A stretch of DNA of 64,000 nucleotides from Octopus bimaculoides. Its lineage: Eukaryota. The notes under the pieces were generated by a model. The model had not been told where the DNA came from and did no database searches. It saw nothing but the letters and a program-made list of their open reading frames with translations. Positions 1 to 11,569 of the stretch are shown piece by piece. The stretch is from assembly GCF_001194135.2 (NCBI RefSeq), contig NC_068981.1:182570614-182634613 (forward strand), in the 5' to 3' direction. Position 1 is the stretch's first letter. Every line of letters begins with the position of its first letter. The position numbers and the translations under genes were made by a program.

Positions 1-495
1 GTGTATGTGCCACCAAGAGAAACTTCTAGGTTGTAAAATGAAATACTAGAAATAGCAACCAAATCATCCCTAAATTTAGCTATATCTGATGATAGGTAAA
101 AGAAAGCAAATCTCCCTAAACTTTTCCTTATTTCGCAAGTATCAAGAGCAAAAATAGAGATTCTCTCTTTTCATGTGAAGGTAGGATTCATGTACGTTTA
201 TCTAAAGTGCAGGCCCTGAATTAAATCTTTGCCTACTAAGAGACATGGACAAGCTTCTCAGTGAATCACTGTTCATTTTCTAAATTGACTTTAGAAACAT
301 CATCACTTTGATTTAGCTATTACCTTTTCAATTTATCATCATCCAGTCATTGAACTGCGGCCATGCCATTGCTTTCAAGGATTTCGTCAAACAAGTCAAC
401 TCCAGTATTTATTTATTTTGTATTTTAAGCCTTGTATTTATTGTATCAGGGTTGTAAACGAGCTAAACAGCAATTGTCGAGCTGTAAAGAAAGGT

Positions 496-498
<3 letters not shown>

Positions 499-552
<54 letters not shown>
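499..552. repeat. (AC)n microsatellite
   Basis: 27 perfect AC units, adjoining a minus-strand SINE remnant at about 553-715. Confidence 0.95.
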
Positions 553-555
<3 letters not shown>

Positions 556-1176
556 AGGCCTCTTTCAATGTGCATCTATCAAATTCACTTGCAAGACTTT
601 GGACGAACTAGGGCTATAGTAGAAGATATTCGCCCAGAGTACCATGCAGTAGAATTGAACCCAAGATCACATGCTTGGGAAGCAAGCTCTTTAACCACAC
701 AGCCACACCTGTGCCTATAGTGAATAAAAGATCGTCATTGTAGGAGTTACTGTTTATTTTCCTTCTGTTTATATGTATTATATAAGCACCTCTTTATCTA
801 TGTTTGTCTTTTTCGATAATAGATAAGTTTGGTTTTTGTACAAATAAAACTATAGCATAAGCTCTCATGAACAAGCAGTTTCCTTTCAGCTAAAGTCTTT
901 TTTTTTTCTTCTTATTTTTCCTTTGCATTGTTAATAAAAATATATTTTGCTTAACTCCATAGCATTCAGATTACTCTGTGGAATGTAATGCTTATTTATT
1001 CAAATTGGTTTGAATAAATCATTCATTATCTCGTAGCTTCAAAATTCCTATGATGTGATAGTATATTTTTAGAATGACATTGTAGGGTTCTTTTATTCTT
1101 TTATGAAGGAATAAAGGAATATATTAGGTGTTAGAAAATCTCAATAAGAGATGAAAGTAGTAACTATACTAAGAAA

Positions 1177-1384
1177 TAATGTTTATCATCACATCAATAT
1201 CGCTGTTTGACGTTACTACTGTTTTAACCTCAGGCAGATCCTCCACCAACTGGTTACTGGTGCAAGGGAAGGGCATAAAATATACAGGGTGCATGTTGCA
1301 CCAGTAGCCAGGTGGCAGAGAATCTGCCTGGCGTTAAAACGGTAGTAATGTCAAACAGCCGTATTGATGTGGTGATAAACATTA
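1177..1384. mobile_element. Foldback/palindromic MITE-like element
   Basis: Arms 1177-1265 and 1296-1384 are reverse complements with scattered mismatches; about 30 nt spacer; TA at both outer ends. Confidence 0.7.
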
Positions 1385-1447
1385 GTTCGTGTATTAGGTT
1401 TGATGTAAGAAATCTAACTTTATGAAAAATAAAAAGCAAAATATTGA

Positions 1448-1785
1448 CACAGGCATAGTTGTGTGGTTGAGAAGCTTGTTTTCCATTCATGTGGTTTCAG
1501 GTTCAGTCCCACTGTGCAGCACCTTGAACAAGTGTCTTTTACTATAGCCCCAGGCTGACCAAAGCTTTCTGAATGAAGTTAGTAAACAGAAACTGTGCAG
1601 AAGTCCATTATGTGTATGTGTGTTGTCATTCTGTCATTCTTCAACCACCAATTGACAACTGGTGTTGGTTCGTTTACATCCTTAGTGGTTTGGTAAAAGA
1701 AATGAATAGAATAGGTACAGATTTCTTTAAGGTGATGTCCAAGCATAGCTGCAGTCCAATGACTGAAACAAGTAAATAATAGAAA
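1448..1785 (+). mobile_element. tRNA-derived SINE, abundant family A (full length)
   Basis: Head gtgtggttgagaagcttg..ggttcagtccc with A/B-box-like motifs, CORE-like ccttgaacaagtgtctt, TG-rich middle and tail gactgaaacaagtaaa. Related copies at about 14615-15120(+), 16868-17170(+), 31735-31965(-), 37535-37790(-), 45565-45815(-), 52075-52500(-), 60383-60695(-), 63745-64000(-). Confidence 0.8.
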
Positions 1786-2122
1786 AGGTAATAAATATAA
1801 ATTTTTTAAAAAATTAATGTCTTTATTGCAGCTGTAACAGTTGAGTAAAATTAACACCTATCTCCTTAATTTGAAATTCCAGACACCTAAATTATTAGAT
1901 AAGATTACATAGCTAAGTTATGTAACAGTAGTATAGGCCACTAATATTTCAACTTACAGTGACTGGTGTTAGAAATAACACCAAATCTTCCTCAAATCAT
2001 GCTCCATTGTGTTGCAAAAGGGAAGGTCATAAAATAATCCAGTCTACTAAAGGCGCAAGGCCTGAAATTTGGTAGTGGAGGGCTAGTTGATTACATTAGT
2101 CCCAGTACTCAACTGGTACTTA

Positions 2123-2370
2123 TTTTAGCAATTTTGAAAGGGTTAACCTCAGTTCAATTCTAGCAATTCTGAAAAGGTTAACCTTAGCTCAATTTTAGCA
2201 ATTCTGAAAGGGTTAACCTCTGCTTAAATTTTAGCAATTCTGAAAGGGTTGACATCAGCTCAAATTTTAGCAATTCTGAAAGGGTTGACATCAGCTCAAA
2301 TTTTAGCAATTCTGAAAAGGTTGACCTCAGCTCAATTTCAGAAATTCTGAAAGGGGTGACCTCAGCTCAA
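2123..2370. repeat. Minisatellite, 7 x 35-36 bp
   Basis: Unit ttttagcaattctgaaagggttgacctcagctcaa(a) repeated seven times, embedded in a minus-strand family-B SINE. Confidence 0.9.
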
Positions 2371-3103
2371 CTTCAACTCTGAATGTAAAGCTGAAAGGAT
2401 TGCAGTTAAGTACTTTCTCTGTCATGCTAATAATTCTGTCAGCTGTTCTAAGGTCGTTAGATAATCTAGGTTTAGATGCTCTGCCACCCCCACCCCCAAC
2501 ACCCCCTACAAGAGAGAGAGGGTGAGAGAAGCTGGTTACAGCTAGAATGTGGGTTGACTTGGTGCTAAGCAACTTCATGAAGTTTCAAGTGATTAAACAA
2601 CACTCAACCCAATCAGTAACAGGCTGTTGTCAAGATTACTGTGAGGGAGGAATAGCAGTCAAAAAGTAGGACAGCAATGAATTTAGATAAGGACTAACAG
2701 ACATTTCCTAGCAAAAAGAACACATAATAAAATGTGCACGTGTATGTTGAAGGATGTGTCTAACATGATGTAGTAAGTTATAGATTTTTAGTTCATTATA
2801 ATTATACCTTTAAGTGAAGTGAAAAATAATAATTAATGATTAATTCTAGTTGAGAAGTGCAAATCTAAATTAAGAATTGAATGGATGTTTGCAGAGGGAA
2901 ATTATTCTGGCTTTCAGCAAATACAATGACAGCTCTGAACATTAGACCTCCCTCCCTCCCACCTCAGTGAAGCAAAATCTTAATATCTCTCAGGTACCTA
3001 GGTAGTTATCTTTGTACATTCCATAAGATCCTAGCTCTGCCCTTATTTAATTTTTAATTTAGATTTTAGAGTTACCTCCCCTATCTTTAGTAACCATTAA
3101 TCA

Positions 3104-3584
3104 CACTGGACAACAAAGATTTTGCTACTGGGGTAGAAAACGTGTTTTAGACTAAATCGAAGATGCTGATTCCGAATCCGCACTCGGAATTGTTCTAGCA
3201 CGCCAGGATTTTGAGTTATGCGCATGCGCAAGTTTATAACTATACTTTCGGCTAGATGTAGGCTGTATACTAAAATTTGTTAAAATGATAGCAGTTTTGA
3301 TTAAAAATTAAAGAAATAACAACAATAAAACAAATGATGAGAAAGTTCATTAGTTAGTTTAGCAAGCGATGGTGCTGACGTATTGTGTGCAAACGCCAAA
3401 TACATCAGTTTGTTCTTGGTGTCGTTTGCACTGCTGTCATGTGTGGTATGTATATCTCTCACTCTGCGTGATTACTGTTTTAACTGTTCATTATGTTAGA
3501 TCATGAATAGGGGAGGCTGTGTGTGGATCACCCAGACAATTTTTGTTATGTCTGTGGAAAATTTGCCGCCTGAGCAAGCACCCC
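3104..3584 (+). mobile_element. 5' remnant of a DNA transposon, possibly Chapaev/CMC type
   Basis: Starts cactggacaac; contains gatgctgattccgaatcc; ends in a short frame CVDHPDNFCYVCGKF resembling the Cys-rich N-terminus I recall for Chapaev3-like transposases. The superfamily call is from memory only. Confidence 0.45.
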
Positions 3585-5705
3585 AAAAGTGGAGAGAAGT
3601 CTCACCTGGAGAGAGCGCAACTGGAGATTGAGAAAAGTCTGTATCAGTCTCATGAAAAGGCGAGAGCAGATAAGGAAGCTTGGGTTTCAGAAAATATCAA
3701 GTCGAGCCTTAAAGCTTTCTTTAAGTTTGCCAAAGAAATAGCCTCAGTATGCCACAAGATAGGACACCTCTTCCAAAAGGACACCTCTTCCAAAACGATG
3801 GCTCACTCACAGGAAACCCCATGAGGATAAGTGAAATACTGAACGAACAGTTCCAAAGTGTGTTCACTACACTTCTGGGATGCAGGCAAGTGAACAAACC
3901 AGCAGAATTCTTTGCCATTTTACCTGTAACCAAAGAGGCAAAAATTGATTACATCAACATTGAAGAAGAAGATGTAATACTGGCCATAGATGAGGTTGAC
4001 ACAAACTCAGCTGCTGGCTCTGATGGATTTCCAGTGGTCCTTCTCAAATCATGCAAACAAGCCCTTGCAAAACCACTGCAGCTTCTCTTTTAGAACTTTC
4101 TTGCAAGTGGTAAAGCTCCCAGACAAACTGAAGGAAGGGATAATATGCCTTATCCATAAGGGAGGAAGCAGAGCAGATGCTAAAATTTATAGGCCTATCT
4201 CTCTGACCTCACACATCAGTAAAATCAGAGAATGAATAGTCTGGATGAAACTAATTGCGTTCCTTGAAGAAAATAACACCCAGTGTGAATTTCGATCAGG
4301 ATTTCAATCAGGTAGAAGCTGTCTAATGCAACTTCAGAAACACTACGACTGGGTGTTAAAACAGTAGCTGAATGACCCAGGCATGAATGTGATATATTTC
4401 GACTTTGCAAAAGCCTTTGACAATGTCGACCATGGTATGGTATGTTACAAACTGCATGATCTCAGCATAGGCAGAAAACTTGGAGAGTGGCTGCATGACT
4501 TTCTAAACGATAGACATCAGGCAGTGGTGGCCAATGGAGCCACCTCCAAGGAAACACAAATAGCAAGTGGTGTTCCACAGGGCACTGTCTTAGGGCCACT
4601 GCTATTTATAGTGACCCTTTCAGACATGCCCTCAGCTGCTAGCTATGCAGATGACACAAAAGTCTCTCAGACAATACAAAATCCTGGGAATATTCTTTTC
4701 TATTCTAGGGGACAAGGACTGAAATTTTTGAAGAGTGGTGGTGGGGCAGTTGATTAGATCAACCCCAGTATGCAACTGGTACTTGATTTATCGAACCTGA
4801 AAGGATGAAAGGCAAAGTCAACCTCGGCAGAACTCAAACTCAGAATGTAAAGACAGGCGAAATACCTATTTCTTTATTGCCCACAAGGGGCTAAACATAG
4901 AGGGGACAAACAAGGCGATTAAGTCTATTACATCGACCCCAGTGCGTAACTGGTACTTAATTTATCGACCCCGAAAGGATGAAAGGCAAAGTCGACCTTG
5001 GCGGAATTTGAACTCAGAACATAACGGCAGACGAAATACCGTTAAGCATTTCACCTGGCATGTAACATTTCTGCCAGCTCGCCACCTTAAAATCCTGGAA
5101 ATATTTCACATCTGCATCAGGAGTTGGATGCGATATACAGGTGGGATGAGGACAGCAACATGCAGTTTAAGGCAGAAAAATTAGCACACAAAGCTAAACG
5201 ACATGCAGACAGGATACTGGCCCAGGAGGAACTGAAATCCTTCAATCAATATCAGTGTGTGACCTGGGCATTGACATGAGCAATGATGCATCTTTTCAAG
5301 TGCATATTACTAATTTGATAATAAAATGCAGACGGCTAGCTAGATGGATCCTCCAGACTTTCAAAACAAGAGAAAAGGAGACATTGATCATCCTTTGGAG
5401 GACATACGTGCTTAGCAGCTTGGGCCAACTATGGTCACTACACGATATAAAATTCATGGCAGAACTCAAAGCAATCCAACGAAGCTACACTAAGAAAATC
5501 ATCTCAATGCAACGTATCAGCTACTAGGAAAGACTGAAAGAATTAAAAAAATTTTTCCTAGAATGAAGGCAAGAAAGATATGCAGTGATATACATTGAGA
5601 AAATCCTTGAAGGCCTTGTACCAAAATATGGCATTGAAAGTTACTCAAACTGCATAGTGCCAAAGATCCCAGCATCACCATCAAAATACAGGACCAGATA
5701 CTGCA
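3585..5705 (+). mobile_element. Decayed CR1/L2-group LINE ORF2 (RT and C-terminal region), 5' truncated
   Basis: Frameshifted segments KAFFKFAK, ISEILNEQFQSVFT, IYRPISLTSHISK, YFDFAKAFDNVDHG, SGVPQGTVLGPLLF, YADDTK, WILQTFKTREKETL; multiple stops; interrupted by SINEs at 4695-5088. Confidence 0.9.
4695..5088 (-). mobile_element. Family-B SINE dimer inserted into the LINE
   Basis: Flanked by a 17-bp TSD aaaatcctgg(g/a)aatatt at 4678-4694 and 5089-5105; one head, two bodies, two different tails. Confidence 0.85.
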
Positions 5706-6262
5706 ACATGTGTGTGTGTGTGTAAAATTGCTAAATATAATTTACAGTAAAAATTTCATTTCATTAAAATACTGGGGAATTCAGAGCTCACTTCAGTTTG
5801 CCTGTGGTTAGCCACTTCTGACTGTCACTCACAGCCATTTGTTGTTGTACCCTTCTTTCCCTAGTGTCTTCAGAGCAAAGCCTTTAAATTTTTGTCTGCC
5901 TACTTTAGGATCTATCACGACCACCCACTGCCAATTCATCTGTTATTTTACCCTTCTTTGCTTAGTGTGACCGACAGAGACACACTAAGCATTTTATTAT
6001 TATAGATAAATGTATTAAACTGACATTGAATTGTATGTCATATATTTCACAATAATTATGTTCAAACCTCTGCTATAGGCTTCAACTTTGACCCAATTTT
6101 CAATTGTTTTGATTCTCAAGTTTGGGCCAGTTTCACCTAATTCACCTGATTCCCTTCTTTGTTGTATTATTGTTAGAAATATTGTAATCATTTTATGAGC
6201 TAATTTAATTTAGCATGAATTTTTCTTTTCTTTATATTGGATCATATTATTTTCTACCTCAG

Positions 6263-6402
6263 AGGTAACAAGCTATATATACATAATTCAAGATCTATAG
6301 CTTTTGGTGGTCTCCTCCTTGGCCAAGCTGCAAATGCTGCATGTCAGAATTTATCACAGAATCTCTACATCCACAGTCTCCACAATTACTTTATCAATGC
6401 AG
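6263..6402 (+). CDS. ACOT8: Acyl-CoA thioesterase 8-like (TesB family), first coding exon visible in window
   Basis: ctacctcAG|A..GCAG|GTaagt; encodes (R)GNKLYIHNSRSIAFGGLLLGQAANAACQNLSQNLYIHSLHNYFINA(G), matching the TesB/ACOT8 motifs FGGQxxGQA and HSLHxYF. Confidence 0.92.
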
Positions 6403-7127
6403 GTAAGTTAATGGTTTTTAAAACCAGCATTAGTTGTTTTCATTTCCTGGAGTTGATTTTATTTTGATTTGTTTTTAGTTACCATGTTTATTTTATTTGA
6501 GCTTAAGTTTATTTAATTTGTGACAAAGACAACAACAACAAAACAAATGTAAATTTTTCTTGTCTGTTAGGAGAGTCAGAGAAAGAGAAGCAGTTTGACT
6601 CTCAGAGTCGTTAGATCGCTGTGGTTGTTGATCAGTTTGAGCTTCTGTAGTAAAACATACAAAAGGGAAAATGTAGGAATTCCAGTAGATTGCATTTTGA
6701 AGAAGGATTGGGCAAAACAATTTTATGCAGGATCTGAAAGTGGTACATAGTAAGGGTGATAAGATGTGAATAGACACTCTATGCTCAACTCTCAGAATTG
6801 GGAATGAATTTCTAGAGTCATTTTGGTCACCAAGAATCAGACTTTCAATAGCTGAATATGCTGACATCTGTCGTTCTCGCCATTGGAAATGTAATGAACC
6901 CGAGGTTTGGCCCATTAGAAACATGTAACCAATGAAGCCATCATCCGGCCTGCTGCTTTTCCATATCACCTGTTTCCTGATCTCTTGCATACTATGTCAT
7001 ATCTTTACTGATTTCAACTAGTTTTCTTAAAACAAGCCCCTGTTATGTTGACATTCATCATTTTATACTCGTTCTATATAATCAGTCTATAATTATTAGT
7101 GAGAGAAGCAGTATTAATACCAAAGAG

Positions 7128-7727
7128 CAATCTTTATATCCAACTTAAGGTGGATGTTCTGTTAGAATGCTGAATACTGCATTATTTGCTTTGAGAGGAT
7201 CTCATCTGGATGTGTGGTGCATAAAAGCACACATTTTCATATTGTTGGCAAATGAGAATCATCTGCTGTGGATCATGTGATTTTGATGTGTCCCATCTCC
7301 TCAGTGGCACATGTCCACTAGCTGCATTACCAATCAAATTTCACTGCCAGCAATATATAGAAGTTCAGTGACTTTTCAGGCACTGATGTCACAAATAGCC
7401 AGCAGGCTTATTAAAACATAATTATTAAATGACAGAAGCAGTAATAATACCAAAAGACAATCTTTATTTCTGAAAAGTCACTGGAATTCTCTATATTGAC
7501 AGTGAGATTTGGCTGGTATGTGGCTTGCGGATGTCTGCTTCTGATGAGACAAGATATATTGAAATCACTTGATCTGTTAGTTCCAGTGCTCATAGCAGAT
7601 GGCTCTCTTCTGCCAAAAATATGTTTTTATGCACCATGCATCCATATAAGACGTCCTCTCACAACAGATACTGCAGTATTTAGCATTCTAACAAAGCATC
7701 CATATTAAGTTGGATATAAAGATTGCC
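7128..7727. mobile_element. Two copies of a ~260-bp MITE in inverted orientation
   Basis: 7128-7380 aligns, with indels, to the reverse complement of 7458-7727; the second copy has terminal caatctttat..ataaagattg. Confidence 0.7.
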
Positions 7728-8692
7728 CCTCATAATCAGTTTGTATTTTGAGTATTCTCACAGAACAGTTTGCACAAATGAATGCATAATCTGGATCTAC
7801 TTTGACTTTTATTTAACCTCCATCATCCCTAGTTTGCCATGTATTCATGTATTGTATGTACACACACACACAGGTTGTGTTCTATTATTTTCAAGTACAC
7901 ATCATTTTATATTAGCATTTAGTCATTCTATATTTATGTATCTACGTATGCTTATATTTGTTGGTGCACATTCATGTACATATATTTGTTTATGCATGAG
8001 TATGCATCTATAAGAACGTATGTGTCTATTCAGGACCTCTCCCTCAGAGTGAAAGACAAATTGCATGATGCTTGTGTATGAACAGTTATGCTATATGGTC
8101 ATGAAATGTGGGCTGTAAATGCAGAGGACGTGTGAAGATTTGAAAGAAATGAAGTTTGCATGCTTGACTGGACATGTCTTTGCATGCAAAGACATGTCAA
8201 ATGTCACCATCATCTCAGCTTTGCACAAGTAGTACCAAACATGGACTGTAAAGATTTTCACTCAAACACATACATATATTCCTACAACTGCTTCCTGCAA
8301 TTTCCATCTACTAAATTTACTCATAAGGCATTGGTCAGCTTGGTATATACTAGAAGGTACTTTCCCAAGGTGGTGCTGTGCTGTGGGACTGAACCCAAAG
8401 CTACATGGTTACAATGAGAGTTATATTTGTAATTCAAAGGGCAAATTTTGTTACATTCTGAGTCATACTGAATCCCCTGTGAACTACTTTAACAGTATAC
8501 ATTTCTGTGGAATGCTCAGCCACTTGCATATTAATTTCATGAGCAGGCTGTTCCATTGATCGGATCAAATGGAAGACTCGTCAGCAAGTTGTAAGGAAAT
8601 AGGCATTGCTAGCATTCTTCAGAATAAACTTTGTTTTAATAGTGAGAGAAAATTGGTCAGTTTTATGAAAATGCTGAAATACATTTATTTAA

Positions 8693-8911
8693 CCTTTCAG
8701 AATTTAAATCAGCCATATCCGTCCTAAGTATTCTACTTTGTTTTATGTTCAAACCAACCAGGTCTGACCTTTCATACCTTCTCTACAATGCCATTTAAAA
8801 AATAAACAATCAGATCAAAATCTCAAGGCTGCAAGATAATTGCATGATTAATTGAAAACAATGTGAATAAATAATCATAACATTTGACAGGATAGTCTGA
8901 ATGCTTAAGGG
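8693..8911. mobile_element. piggyBac-type TTAA MITE (~210 bp family)
   Basis: TTAA on both sides, TIR ccttt(c/t)ag(a/c)att..aatgcttaaggg. Other copies at about 955-1088 (partial), 24952-25152, 34007-34216, 36580-36780, 51610-51783, 53905-54113, 59562-59773. Confidence 0.8.
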
Positions 8912-8953
8912 TTAAACATGCTCAAGTTAGTTTCAATTGTTATTTCCTACCAG

Positions 8954-9176
8954 GACAGCAAGTACCACTAATTTTCAAGGTAGCAAATGAGCGTGAAGGT
9001 AAAGCCTACTGTAACAAAACTGTCTGTGCCACTCAGAACGAGAAAACTGTAGTAAAAATGCAAATTTCTTTCAAAATCAAAGAAGATAGCTGTATTGAAC
9101 ACCAATGGAAAATGCCAGAATGTCTTCCACCTGAAGACCTTCTTCCTGCAAATAAAATTTTTGAAGCCAAAATGAG
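8954..9176 (+). CDS. ACOT8: ACOT8-like coding exon
   Basis: ctaccAG|GA..ATGAG|GTttga; encodes GQQVPLIFKVANEREGKAYCNKTVCATQNEKTVVKMQISFKIKEDSCIEHQWKMPECLPPEDLLPANKIFEAKM(R); HQxxMPxxxPPE motif; phases 1/2 fit the neighbouring exons. Confidence 0.9.
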
Positions 9177-9255
9177 GTTTGATATACCACCTTTTTCTCC
9201 CTCTCGCTTAACTTAAATTTTAATGGTTTTCATGTGATATGGGATAGCTGTAGAC

Positions 9256-9479
9256 CAGAGGTTCTCAACCTGGGTTCATATGACCCTTGGGGGTCCACAA
9301 GGTTTTGTTGTTAAAATTTATGTGCAGTAAACTGGTTATACTTCTACAAAGCATAAAATATTTTAATAATTTTTTTCATATAGTTCTTAATAATATTTGA
9401 TTATAAAAATATAATAAAACTTTTTTAGACATTGAATATCTATGACAGTCCAGAGGTAAAAAATGGTTGAGAACCATTG
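9256..9479. mobile_element. hAT (Charlie-like) MITE
   Basis: TIRs cagaggttctcaacc / ggttgagaaccattg; degenerate 8-bp TSD ctgtagac / ctttggat. Confidence 0.7.
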
Positions 9480-10222
9480 CTTTGGATCATCAGTTTTAGA
9501 GAGGAAAAAATATGCTTTACTTTATTCAGTGTCAGTAAAAAAGAATGTTCATAATATTTCTTTCTATTATTGGTGCAAGACCTGAAATTTTTGGGGAACA
9601 AGATAGTTGATTACAGCAACCCCAATACTCAACTGACGCTTATTTTATCAACCCCAAAAGGATGAAAGGCAAAGTTGACCTCAGTGAGATTTGAACTCAG
9701 AATGTAATGCTGGTAAGCATTTTGTCTGGCATGCTAATGATTCTACCAGCTCGACACATTAAGAATGTTCATAATAGTGGTTTCAAATTTTGGCACAAGG
9801 GGAGTGGAGTAAGCTGATTACATCGACCCCAGTGCTCAACTGGTACTTTATTTTATTGACCTCAAAAGGATGAAAGGCAAAGTCGACCTCGATGGAATTT
9901 GAACCCAAAAAGACAAAATGCCACTAAGCCTCTTGCTACCTTAATTATAATAAGATTAAACAGTATAAAGTTAATTAATACTCATCAACAGAAGCTAGTA
10001 GTAGAAATGATTTTAAAAATAATAGATTTCATTTGTAAAAATAATGATAAAATTTTGCTGTGATGCAAATTTCACAATTGCTGAAATAGATGCAAAGAAA
10101 ACACTTAGCATGCATTTTTCAGTGACAGCTAATTCATTCATACTACAAACATTGGATTAACCAATTGATGACAGTGAATTGGCAGAATAAATCTTTAATT
10201 ATTTTTAATATTAAACAAAGTT

Positions 10223-10415
10223 AAGGCAGCGAGCTGGCAAAATGCTTCGCTGTATTTTGTCCATTTTTATGTTTGAATTCAAATTCTGCTGAGGTCAACT
10301 TTGCTTTTCAGGCTTTCAGGGGTTGATAAAATAAGTACCAGTTGAACACTGGGGTTGATATTATCAACTTATCCCCTCCCCCAAAATTGTTGGCCTTGTG
10401 CCAAAATTTGAAACT
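10223..10415 (+). mobile_element. tRNA-derived SINE, family B
   Basis: Head aaggcagcgagctggca, B-box-like gaattcaaattc, body gactttgcctttcatcctttcgggg..ataagtaccagt. Other copies at about 9560-9760(-), 9790-9930(-), 10761-10975(+), 10985-11190(+), 14392-14590(+), 31449-31670(+), 57660-57785(+), 63595-63745(+). Confidence 0.8.
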
Positions 10416-10421
10416 ATTATG

Positions 10422-10456
<35 letters not shown>

Positions 10457-10484
10457 AACAGTTCTATATTTAAGAGATGTGCCC

Positions 10485-10730
10485 ACAGGCATATAGCATA
10501 GTGGTTTAGAGCATGGGCTACTAACCTCAAGATTCCGAGTTCAATTCCAGGCAGTGACCTGAATAATAATAATGATAATAATAGTAACAACATTGAAAAA
10601 TACCTTAGGAATGAGAACCCAGGTTCAAAATTTTCCCAAGACACCTGATGAAGGCTGGAGGGTATATCAGCCAAAACGTGTTAACAACAAACAAGATGAA
10701 GACAAATATCTGTCAAATGTAAATAATGTA
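10485..10730 (+). mobile_element. tRNA-headed short element with a hammerhead-like 3' module
   Basis: A-box-like tagcatagtgg near 10494, B-box-like gagttcaattcc 10537-10548, (AAT)n spacer, then gacac-CTGATGA-a-ggctg..cagcc-aaaa-cgtgtt at 10640-10682; set within (TTA)n. Confidence 0.6.
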
Positions 10731-11236
10731 TTATTATTATTATTATTATTAAGGCAAACTGAAGGCAGCGAGCTAGCAGAATCATTAGCATGCTGAACGA
10801 AATGCTTAGCAGTATTTCGCCAGTTGCCATGTTCTGAGTTCAAATTCCGCCGAGGTTGACTTTACCTTTCATCCTTTTAGGGGTCGATAAATTAAGTACC
10901 AGTGAAAAACTAGGGTCGATGTAATTGAGTAGTTCCCTCCCCTGAAATTTCAGGCTTTGTGCCTATAGTAGAAATGATTATTATTAAGGCAAACTGGTGG
11001 AATCATTAGCATGCTTAGGCATTTTGCCCGTCTTTATGTTGTGAATTCAAATTCTGCCAAGGTTGACTTTGCATTTCAGCCTTTCGGGGTCAATAAAATA
11101 AGTACCAGTTGAACATTGGGGTTGATCTAACCAACTTACCTCTTCCCCTGAAATTGCTGGCCTTGTACCAAAATTTGAAATCAATATTAAACAAACTTCT
11201 TAAAATGTCTTTATTATTTTTAACGGGCTACCTTAA

Positions 11237-11569
11237 CCCCTTGAGTCCTGACCTCCTGAACCTGATTTGACCATATACTTGGCTTCCAGATACACTCCAC
11301 CGGTAGAAAGTTACTCTCTTGTGTGTTGGAGAGTAACTTTCTAGGTGCAATCCCATGGTCAGTCATGACCAAAGGGGGTCTCAACATATATATGTGTATA
11401 TACGATGGGCTTCTTTCAGTTTTTGTCTGCCAAGTCCACTGAGAAGGCTTTGGTTGGTCCAAGGCTATAGCAGAAGACATTTGCCCAAGGTGCCATTGAA
11501 CCTGGAATCATGGGCTTATTGAGAAAAATTAGCCATTCACCAGTAAACCGGTGTTACGGGCTCAAAGGG
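11237..11569. mobile_element. TTAA-flanked element with short TIRs containing a SINE-SINE junction
   Basis: TTAA at 11233-11236 and 11570-11573; ends cccttgagtcc / gggctcaaaggg; the interior 11331-11518 matches 12801-12978. Confidence 0.6.

Noticed and set aside
2123-2370. Regular ~36-bp periodicity suggestive of a CRISPR array
   Set aside because: Units are contiguous with no unique spacers, the context is eukaryotic and there are no cas genes.
1-6262. Search for the upstream ACOT8 exon (phase-2 donor ending in a DxxxFR/YR-like motif)
   Set aside because: Candidate donors near 180, 494 and 2990 give stops or unrelated peptides; the exon is probably outside the window.
6493-6990. 165-aa minus-strand ORF in an ACOT8 intron
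   Set aside because: No recognisable domain, no convincing splice or start context, and a low-complexity end; probably a chance ORF.
7535-7570. CTGATGA..GAAA spacing inside the MITE
   Set aside because: No credible stem I or stem II; expected by chance in AT-rich DNA.
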